A DNA stretch of 64,000 bases, from positions 1 through 64,000 of the forward strand of contig NW_027437441.1 in NCBI RefSeq assembly GCF_964204645.1. The letters are read 5' to 3'. The notes beneath the pieces are model-generated. The model saw only the letters and a list, made by a program, of their open reading frames with translations, ran no database searches and was not told where the DNA came from. Positions 41,091 through 49,670 of the stretch are shown here, one piece after another. How positions within the stretch are numbered: the stretch's first letter is position 1; every line of letters starts with the position of its first letter. The DNA is from Tubulanus polymorphus (lineage: Eukaryota > Animalia > Nemertea). The position numbers were made by a program, and so were the translations under genes.

Positions 41091-41526
41091 TTAATAATCT
41101 ATTAATTCTTTTAATAATTTATCCTTCTCTTGAATTGTTATATTACCGTTTACACTTATTGTATAATCTAGTGTATTTTTTAATTTATTAATTTCTTTTA
41201 TATTAGATTTTATTTTTTCTTTATTACTTTTTATATTCAATTTTGAACTTTTTCCGGTTAAAACACTTGATGATAATCCTAGCGCACCAATTGTGATAGC
41301 TAAAGGTGTTAATGGTGAGAATATTGCTAAAAATGTTATCACCGAATTAATTGTAACTGAACCACTAATAATAACATAATATATAATTTTGCTTTTTAAA
41401 TATTTTTTCTTCTTAACTTTTAAATCATTTTTAAATTCTAATATTTGTTTTTTCCAAATATAATTTTAATTTAGTTTTATTTATATCATGAGGAATAATA
41501 TCAACATTATCAACTATATCATCCAT
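41091..41526 (-). pseudogene. Small Polinton protein with central hydrophobic segment and coiled coil
   Basis: ORF 41091-41342 plus frameshifted 5' part; homologue at 55669-62087. Confidence 0.7.
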
Positions 41527-41546
41527 TTATTTAGAAAAGAAAATTA

Positions 41547-41969
41547 CTAATTAGTAAATTTATATGCCACAAATATAACAATAACTGTTCCACCTAAAAT
41601 CCAATTATTTCATATTTCTTCTGTTCATTACTTGGGGTATATTAATCTGATATTGCAGGTTTATGTAGATGTAATTTTTCTTTATTTGTTACTGCGTTAT
41701 ATAAACTCATTGCATCATCGACTGATTGAAAATCTCTATGTGAAATTTTCTGATTATATAATTCTTTGTTAATATAATCCATATAGTTTTGTCTTTTTTC
41801 TCTATATTCTTCTGCAGCTTTATTATATTTCTTTAATGCGAAGTTATATCTTTTTTTGTTCTGATAATGAACCACTTTCATCAATATGTTTAAATGAATA
41901 TCCACCACCAGTAAATGCTAAAGCGTTAACAATTGCCGATCCTATAATATTAATAATTGCAGATGCCAA
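41547..41969 (-). pseudogene. Small conserved Polinton protein with hydrophobic ends (start codon mutated)
   Basis: ASAII..IGSAIVNALAFTGGGY...; intact homologue at 55228-55653. Confidence 0.75.
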
Positions 41970-41993
41970 TTATTTAACAAAAAAATTATGCAT

Positions 41994-42208
41994 TTATATA
42001 GGAGGGATACATTTTTGTTTATCTAAATAATCAATTGTTAAATTAGATAAAGTTACGTTAATTTTAAAATATCATTGATATCAAATCTATCAACATTAAC
42101 ACGTCCCATTTTAAATACTTTTTTTAATACCACTGAATAACCAACAGTTCCAACTGATAGTAAGGCACCATTATATAATCCAGTTATTATTCACTTATTA
42201 TCACTCAT
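41994..42208 (-). pseudogene. Small hydrophobic Polinton protein
   Basis: Homologue of 54982-55203, with a stop and a small deletion. Confidence 0.7.
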
Positions 42209-42211
42209 TTA

Positions 42212-42565
42212 TTAATTTAAAAAAATACTATCTTCAAAATATTTAGTTAACTTAGTTATAATTATTTCAATATTTATAATATTATTAGTTTCATTTTTAT
42301 ATATTTCAGTTATCATTTTTTTGATATCATCAATGATAAAATCTTCATCTAATTCATAAAATCTTAAAGACTCTCTAATTAAATCAGTAATCTTTTCTAC
42401 ATTAAAAGTTTCTTTATTTATTGTTGTTTCATAATCAAATGTTGTTTCATTAACAAATACAATATTTTTAATATGAGTTATTACATCATTAATGTTAAAT
42501 TTCATTTCTTTCTCACGTTTAAAACCAGATCCAAAACATATACTCGGTACTACTGTTATATTCAT
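42212..42565 (-). CDS. Polinton hypothetical protein (117 aa)
   Basis: Open frame conserved with 54638-54985. Confidence 0.75.
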   Translation of the reverse strand: MNITVVPSICFGSGFKREKEMKFNINDVITHIKNIVFVNETTFDYETTINKETFNVEKITDLIRESLRFYELDEDFIIDDIKKMITEIYKNETNNIINIEIIITKLTKYFEDSIFLN

Positions 42566-42582
42566 ATTTATATATCAAAAAA

Positions 42583-43334
42583 TTACTCTTTACATCTTAT
42601 AACTAATTCATAAATTACAGGAAATTATTTAAATCAATTAAGTGACCATTATGATTTCTCATTTCTACCTTAAAATTATTAAATTTTGGAATACAAGGTT
42701 TAAAATCACATTCAGCTAAATTATAATTTATTTGCGTTTCAAATTGTTTAACATTTTTTAATTGGTAAAATATTTAATATACTAGAATTACAAATTGTAT
42801 CTTTAGTTGCTTCGAATGTTTTTGTTGGGTCTATTAAATTACAATAAATATAAAAGTGTGTAAAAGAAATTATATTTGTATAATCAGTACTTGAATAATC
42901 TCTATCTGGAAGAATTCCAAACAGTTTAGCTAAAGGTTTTCTTACTAGGAATCTATGTTGTTCATTAGTTAACCTTATTCTTATTTTATTCGAACTATCA
43001 CTTTTAATAAATTTAATTTCAAATCGAGCAGCTGCGCCCATTTTTAAACGAGCTCTTTTATTAATTTCTTGCGCTAATGTTTCTAAATTATAAAAATCCT
43101 GGTTTTAGATAAAGATGACACCATTTATCAATTTTTCTAACATGAATTAAAAGCTAAATGATCAAGACTTTTATTCGATATATTATGAAAAGAATTACAT
43201 AAACTTTCATTTACTAATTTTAAATCAACACAATTCTTAAATTCTCTATCTAATTGTACTAGTAAATTATGTGATTTATAATTTGTAAGTCTTCTTGAAT
43301 CAACAAATATTCTATATTCTTTCAATTCTACCAT
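42583..43334 (-). pseudogene. Minor capsid (penton-like) protein, frameshifted
   Basis: IFVDS, NSFHNIS, PGFYNLETL, LAKLFG, FYIYCNLID, ILNILP and VEIRNHNGHLIDL motifs typical of Polinton/NCLDV pentons. Confidence 0.75.
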
Positions 43335-43354
43335 TTATTTTACATACTTTTATA

Positions 43355-43590
43355 TTATTCAAAATCTATGTCATGGTGCCCTTTTTCATTCTTACCTTTG
43401 TATATGAAATAGAAATCACCAGAACACAATTCTTCACTTGATAATCTATGAAATCTATCTGGTAAATAAGTTCTGAATTTATAATTATTTCCTTTTAATC
43501 CTTCATATTCTAAGTGGATAACTGATTTATCTCCATATTTGTTAGTAACTGTTTCAATATTTGTAATTAAATATTTCTTATGAATTACAA
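43355..43590 (-). pseudogene. Small Polinton protein downstream of polB; 5' part deleted together with the polB tail
   Basis: YLITNIETVTNKYGDK...YLPDRF...YKGKNEKGHHDIDFE; comparison with B shows roughly 220 bp missing. Confidence 0.7.
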
Positions 43591-45720
43591 CCATAAGCGA
43601 CTGTATGAATTCCATCATCTAAAATATATGTTTTATCGTCAAATGGGTTTAGACTTATCTTCTCTATCTCTTCAATAAACATCTCGTGATCTTCAGATCT
43701 TTAAACATTTCATCTTATGTTTTCTAACTTCTTAATTGAATATACAATTGATGTAATCTTTGAAATGAATATTCTTTTCTACTACACTTTTGGAAATTTC
43801 TTTTAACTTTTTAGCTTCATGAGTTTTAGTTTTATATGAATACATTTTAGATCTAATGCCTATAAATTCTATCATTTCTTCACCACCTAATTCGTCTTTG
43901 AATTTACCAGGCGCCTTTTTATTATCATTGTTAAACAATTCATGAGCTTTTGGATAGTTACTGAAATCAAAATGATGTTTTAATGTTTTTAAATCATCTG
44001 TTATGTTATTAGATTTTATCTTTAATATGTAACTGTCAGTATCAAAATATAAGATTTCTATATGCTTTTCTCCAAAATGAGGTTGTAATACGTTATAGTA
44101 AAATTCATACATCAATAATTTTGATATTTCTAAAACTGAAGCACCAACATAAATTGGTTTATTAAATTTCATTGATGTTCTTCTCATTTTAACAGCAGCT
44201 AAATTTTCATGAAATATTCTGTTACCAATAAATTTAGGATATGTTTGTAAATGTCTTATCCTTGTACCATTACTAACTAACTCAATATTATTTCTATTTC
44301 TAATATTTTCACAAGTCTTACCATAGAATGCATTATTCATTAGTTAGAAAAAATCTTTCTCGAAATCAGTTTTAGCTTTAGTGTTAAAATCTGTATATTT
44401 TTCTAACCATTTAGATTGACTAAATGAAATATATCTATGTACTTTTTTTAGAACCATTCCTTGATTCAAATAGAATTTTAAAATTCTATAACGCACTAAA
44501 TAAGTATATTTATCTTCCGGAGTTACCTTTAACTTTTCTGTATGAATATGGTTTTCGGGTTTAATTCTTTTTTGATAATTTGATAATTCGTCATGTGTTA
44601 CAGTTTTATGTTCGGGACAGTATGCTAGATTTCTCGAAGTCTACAACGAAAAACTAACCAGTATCTGAATCATCTGCAATATCGAGAATTCTTTTCTTCC
44701 AATCAAATTTATCAACATTTTCGTGCTGTAAAATTTCAGTTATTTGAAATACTCCATAAGGTTGTGGTTCCATCATTGCCCAACCATATAGATTATTTGC
44801 ATCTATATATAATAACTTATATCCAGGATTATCATTTACATTGAAATATCTATCACCTAATACACCCGAAACTCCTCCTCTTATAGATTTTTCAAATAAT
44901 AATAATTAATCTATATTTGTTAACAAATCCATTTTTATATCTGTGAATTTTAATCCACAATCCCAGGGTTAACCTGGACTAGAATAACAATGGCATGGAT
45001 CAATATCAAAATATTTTAGATTTACATCTCTAAACCTTTCAAATATATCAGTTAATCATAATACATCATAAATATAAATCAACTAATTGTCAGTGATTTT
45101 TCAGTCCAAAATGATTCCAAATATTCAATGTTCTATTATAGACTTCATCTTTAACATATTCATTTTTTAATTCATCATAAAACTGTTCTTTTAATAATTC
45201 AGTTATGTTAAAATCATTATGATTTTTATAGAATGAATATGGAATTGCTCCTTTATATCTCATTAATTGAAGATCATCATTATTTCGATAGTGTTGTTAT
45301 AATAATATTTTTAATTCATCATCAACTAATGATTTTCTTAAATTATCTAATGAACTACTTAAAAATCTATATGAATCTATAAATCTTAGACACCCAAATT
45401 GGAAAGATATATAATTCTCAGATGTTTTAGCTAACATTTTAAATTTATATGTTGGTATTTTATCTTTTGATCTATTTGAATTTAATCTTTCTATTTCATT
45501 ATTGATTTCTTCTATTTTATGACATAGCTGTTTGATGAATAAATGTGCATCATACCCTGATAAATTACGAAATATTACTGGAACAAAATCAATTTTCTTA
45601 GCTTTTAAGTTACAATGCTCATGTGCTGCACCTCTAAACTTTCCATACAAATGATCATGATCTCTTACTTTTTTATCTTTAAAATTAAATAGTTTTTCAC
45701 AATAATAACATTTTCTAATG
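43585..45720 (-). pseudogene. polB: Protein-primed family B DNA polymerase, N-terminally truncated and fragmented
   Basis: VRDHDH..GKFRGAAH..CNL, NLSGYDAHLF, FIDSYRFL, YIDANNLYGWAM, LMNNAFYGK, YFDTDS, GKFKDE, SKMYS, PFDDK. Confidence 0.95.
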
Positions 45721-45721
45721 A

Positions 45722-46545
45722 GTAAATACAGTTTATTAACTCGAACTTTTTCGGGACCATATCCCCTAATCAGGTGAAATACAAGTGAATCAAATGATTA
45801 AACTACAGGTTTATAGACAACATAAGTTACATGAGCCATTTTGAAACAATTGTTGATTTAAAGAGGGTCGTTGCGCTTTAATAAACACGGCCTCCCTAAT
45901 TTTACAGTCGAGATCAGATGAACATTTGTCTAGAATTTTGAATTTGTTGTCACTGAATTCCTGCTCACAAGTGTGACAAATTGTGAGATGTTGTCCAATC
46001 GCAGAAGTCTTTGATCTGGGTTCTTTAATCCTGATGGCCAAATGTCGTTTAGTTTTCCCAATATAGGAAGTGTTTATATCACATAAACAATTAAATTTAT
46101 ATATGCCTTCAGCGATTTAGGGGTAGCACATTTCAAAGAGAAAAAATCCTTAATTTTGGTCGTAGTGAATGCACACTTCAAGTTGATTTCAAAATTCCTT
46201 TTAAATAGATATTTCAATTTTCGGGCAAATAGGATTGACGGGTTTCCAATAAACGGTAATGAAATGAATAGATCAATTCCATCTTCAACAGGTTTCGGTT
46301 TAGGTTCTGAGTTCTGTTTTGATTTCAAAAATCTATTGATACATTGATCGATGACATGAATAGGAAACGCATTAGATTTAAACAGATTTTTCAAAAAATT
46401 GATTTCTTCTGAAAAGATGGTCCAATCACTGCAAATATTGTAGGCACGAAAAAGCATGGTATTGATGAGTCCTATCTACCATTTGTACGATCACATGGCG
46501 TTGAAGTTCATAAGTAGGCCTGTGTTGGAAGCTTTCCTGTACTTT
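45722..46545 (-). mobile_element. 5'-truncated Penelope-like element 2 (RT thumb, linker, GIY-YIG, 3' tail)
   Basis: YRKASNTG...LFRAYNICS..., ISLPFIG, YKFNCLCD...YIGKTKRHLAIRIKE, SAIGQHL, KIREAVFIK..RPSLN; diverged relative of PLE 1. Confidence 0.9.
45738..45780 (-). ncRNA. Degenerate hammerhead motif in the PLE 2 3' tail
   Basis: Minus strand CTGATTA-G-GGGAT-ATG-GTCCC-GAAA-AAGT-TC followed by AATAAA, at the same relative position as in PLE 1. G8 is altered and stem I is weak. Confidence 0.5.
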
Positions 46546-46620
46546 AATTCAACAATTATTTCAAAACGGCTCATCCTTTATCCTAAATGTATTCAAATAA
46601 TTAGCTTGTAATTAAATACT

Positions 46621-46681
46621 TTAGAAAAACAATACAATTGAATAAGCAACACTAACTTATTCAATTGTATTGTTTTTCTAA
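46621..46681. repeat. Perfect 26-bp inverted repeat with 9-nt loop
   Basis: TTAGAAAAACAATACAATTGAATAAG-CAACACTAA-CTTATTCAATTGTATTGTTTTTCTAA. Confidence 0.95.
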
Positions 46682-46869
46682 TGTTTTTCTAATATTTCTT
46701 GTTGATATTAAATTACTTTACATTTGACTAAAATAATATTAGAAAAACAATAAACCAACTAATTTAGTATAAACTTGTATTACCCTTGTCAAATGTAACG
46801 AATTACAATATCATATATGAATAAATCAAAAAATAAATTACTTCTGTGACTTCAATTTCAGAAATAAAG

Positions 46870-47010
46870 CATAATATGTATTTAATACCTTTAATATGTA
46901 TTTAATACATTAATACGTATTTAATACGTATTTAATACATTGATACCTCAACCCCCTTTTTTAACATAAATATAATTTACTCATTTTCATACATTTCAGC
47001 GAATATATTT
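46870..47010. repeat. (GTATTTAATAC)n module homologous to 35905-36255
   Basis: Quasi-palindromic 11-mers followed by AACCCCC-T-tract and TTCAGCGAATATA. Confidence 0.75.
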
Positions 47011-47027
47011 TATATTTTCAACCCAAT

Positions 47028-47336
47028 TTAACAGTCGATTTCATAAAATTTCTCATCTAATTCATGAATATATTTACGATTCCTTAATGATTTTGAATTT
47101 TTATACTTCTTATTGCATATTTCACAACATTTAATATTATTTATTCGATCTAAAATATAATTTACGTTATCTTTTAATTCTGTATATCTAATTTTACAGC
47201 TATCATAGAATTCTAACAACTATTTTATAGTATAAACTGAGAATGAAAATAAACCTGAAATCATAATAACTGATTTAATATTCTGTTGATTTTTTTATAT
47301 TAGATGTAATAAATTTAATACCTTACTTTCATTCAT
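47028..47336 (-). pseudogene. Small protein with C-terminal C2H2-like zinc finger remnant
   Basis: CEICNKKYKNSKSLRNRKYIH (first His lost); in-frame stops upstream. Confidence 0.5.
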
Positions 47337-47640
47337 TTTTATAGTTAAAATATATAAAATAAATTAAATTAAAAGATTCTGTCTTAATCCTCCAAACCAT
47401 TTAAACCATTAACTATTTCCATGATTGTTTCCATTTAACTTCTTTAACTTTTTACTCAATTTAATGTTTTCATTCATCAAATCTTTACTAATATTTTCAT
47501 AGTAAAGTAAAGTGCAGCTAATATTAAACCTCCAGCAACTAAATAATGCTTCAAATCACTTTTTCCAAATGGAATGCTGAAATCTTCCATTTATTTAAGA
47601 GAAAAATTAAAAGTAATTTGAAATATCTTATTTTGAATAT

Positions 47641-48216
47641 TTAGAGTTGAATTAGTATTTTTGAGTTATGATATTTTGATTTAAGATGGTGTGATTTATT
47701 GCTTCGAGTATAATATTTTCCACAATTACATAACACTTCTTCATTAGGTTCATATTTAGGCGTAACATTTTCATTATCTAAGTTACATTGAACTGCAACA
47801 TCTTTGAATGATTTTTCATTTGGAATGTCAGGGGTTAATCTTTTTTCTTCCACTCTGAAAAACATTACATAGCATTCTCTGAAAGGGCAATAACGTAAGT
47901 GTAAAAATAATGTTTTATGTGAATTTTCATTATTAAAAAGTGATTGTATTTCATCTGTAATTATTAAATGTTTATCTATTTCTTCAAATGTTGTGAATTT
48001 TTGAATTATTGTATTGAATAAGATTTTATCTTTATCATTCGATAACTCTATCATTGGTTAATAATTTTTAAACATTAATTCAGTAATATTTTTCACTTGA
48101 AAACGGAAGCGTGCAGTTTTAACCAAATCTTTAATAGGAATGAAATCTTTAATTGTAAAATATTTTTCTAATTCATTTAAATCGATATCTTTGAATCGTA
48201 GTATCTGTTCATTCAT
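47641..48216 (-). pseudogene. Hypothetical protein with C-terminal zinc finger
   Basis: TAAATG start at 48216, one in-frame stop, then ORF 47641-48054 ending CNCGKYYTRSNKSHHLKSKYH. Confidence 0.6.
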
Positions 48217-48252
48217 TTATTAGCCATTTTTTTATTAAAATTGATATTTTCT

Positions 48253-48546
48253 TCAGTACTCGTTATTTTTTATATTATTTAACTCATTATTCATATTTCT
48301 AATATGAGTTTTAGACTTTAAATGTTCTTTATGATATCTTTTTTCACTGAATGATTGATTACATGTATCACATTTATATATTTCTTTTTCGTTCTTTAAT
48401 TCTTCTAATTCAGTTTCTAATATATCATCTTTATATTCTAATTTCAATTTATTTTCTAAATGTGTTTTAGTTTTATTGTGTCTTGATTTTTGGGATTTAT
48501 CTATATTGATTTTACATGTTGGACAGTAGTACTTATTTGCTTCCAT
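48253..48546 (-). CDS. Stand-alone double zinc-finger protein equivalent to the N-terminus of copy B PolB
   Basis: YYCPTCK...SRHNKTKTH and YKCDTCNQ...EHLKSKTH; near-identical to 49671 onward until RNMNN, then diverges and stops. Confidence 0.75.
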   Translation of the reverse strand: MEANKYYCPTCKINIDKSQKSRHNKTKTHLENKLKLEYKDDILETELEELKNEKEIYKCDTCNQSFSEKRYHKEHLKSKTHIRNMNNELNNIKNNEY

Positions 48547-48733
48547 TTTAATAACATATTTTTTATTAAGATTGATATTTTCTTCAACTCGTTAATTACT
48601 AGTTACTTTTATGTTAAAATCAAGAATTTAACACATATAAATATATTCACTGTTTTCTCGACGCAAGTTTTCACTTGTTAATTACTCGTTACTTTTTATG
48701 TTAAAATCAAGAATTCAACACATAAAAATTTAA

Positions 48734-48822
48734 AGTAATAGGGTATTAGTTGTTCTATATCAAAGGTTGAATGGTCGAAAAATAAATTCGAGTGTGCGAG
48801 AATATATTTTTCGATCGTTCGA
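48734..48822. repeat. Terminal hairpin of element D (outer arm truncated)
   Basis: 23-bp stem 48767-48789/48800-48822, loop GAGTGTGCGA; the inner arm begins AGTAATAGGG and is homologous to the B hairpin. Confidence 0.75.
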
Positions 48823-49187
48823 AAAAAACATGTAGAAATTGAGTGCCCAGGTATTATAAGAACCCACAACCAAAACATGGGCGGTGCTGAACGTTGTGAC
48901 ATGTTATTGTCCTTTTATCGGATTAGAATGAAAAGCAAGAAGTGGTACAAACGCATTATCTTCCACTTATTAGATATGAGTTGTGTAAATGCCTGGACTA
49001 TTGGCAGAAAAAAATGGAAGTATTCAAGCCAAGAGTAACAAGTTATACAGATTCAAACTTGCAATTGCCCACTGCCTAATTTTGGGTGTTCCCAATCCTG
49101 AACCTGTGCTGAGAATCGAATCTGAAAAGGATGTACGCAGTGCAAAGTTTGTGCCTGACCACATACGCCTTGATGGTCATGGGCATT
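48823..49187 (+). pseudogene. piggyBac-family transposase C-terminal fragment
   Basis: Frame KKHVEIECPGIIRTHNQNMGGAERCDMLLSFYRIRMKSKKWYKRIIFHLLDMSCVNAW, then shifted frame FKLAIAHCLI...VPDHIRLDGHGH; matches the YN..MGGVD..D / KKWY / VNAW piggyBac pattern. Confidence 0.88.
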
Positions 49188-49376
49188 AGTAATAGGGGAA
49201 TGTGGCTTTCATACCAAAGGTCGAAAGGTCGAGCTCGTAAAAAAATGAAAATAACAATAATTTCCAGTTGAATTAGTCGTGCACACTCCTAATTCAACTA
49301 GAAATCATTGTTATTTTAATTTTTTACTCACTCACCCTTTCAACCTTTGATATGAAAGCCACATTCCCCTATTACT
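49188..49376. repeat. 189-bp imperfect terminal palindrome (AGT...ACT)
   Basis: Arms 49188-49276 and 49289-49376; first 26 bp perfect, 10 mismatches and 1 indel overall; loop TCGTGCACACTC. A diverged third arm copy lies at 49426-49471. Confidence 0.93.
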
Positions 49377-49670
49377 CTTAAAATATTCATTTACATGGAT
49401 AAAATATATATGAATAACATATAAAAGTAATTAGAAAAGTGGGATTTCAAGCCAGAGGTCGGAGGTCGAGCCATTATAGAATAGATATATAGATATATTT
49501 TAAACATATTTCAATATTTATATTTGTATGAGTTAGATTTTTAAACATTAAAAGTGTCAGTAAAGTGTGATTGAAATAATTCATATATACACATGAATAA
49601 CATATAAATGAATAAAATATAAATTAATAAAATGTGTAAAATCAATTTAAAAAAAAAATTTAGTATTAAA

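Larger units (their letters stand above)
34471..45720. mobile_element. Polinton/Maverick copy A (decayed; both ends lost at PLE junctions)
   Basis: Co-occurrence of rve integrase, packaging ATPase, MCP, penton-like protein and protein-primed PolB in very AT-rich DNA; colinear with copy B in the opposite orientation. Confidence 0.96.
46560..48822 (-). mobile_element. Short Polinton derivative (D) carrying zinc-finger and small hydrophobic ORFs
   Basis: Shares the terminal hairpin with B, the polB N-terminal zinc-finger region with B and the 11-mer repeat module with A; no polymerase, capsid or integrase domains. Confidence 0.65.
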
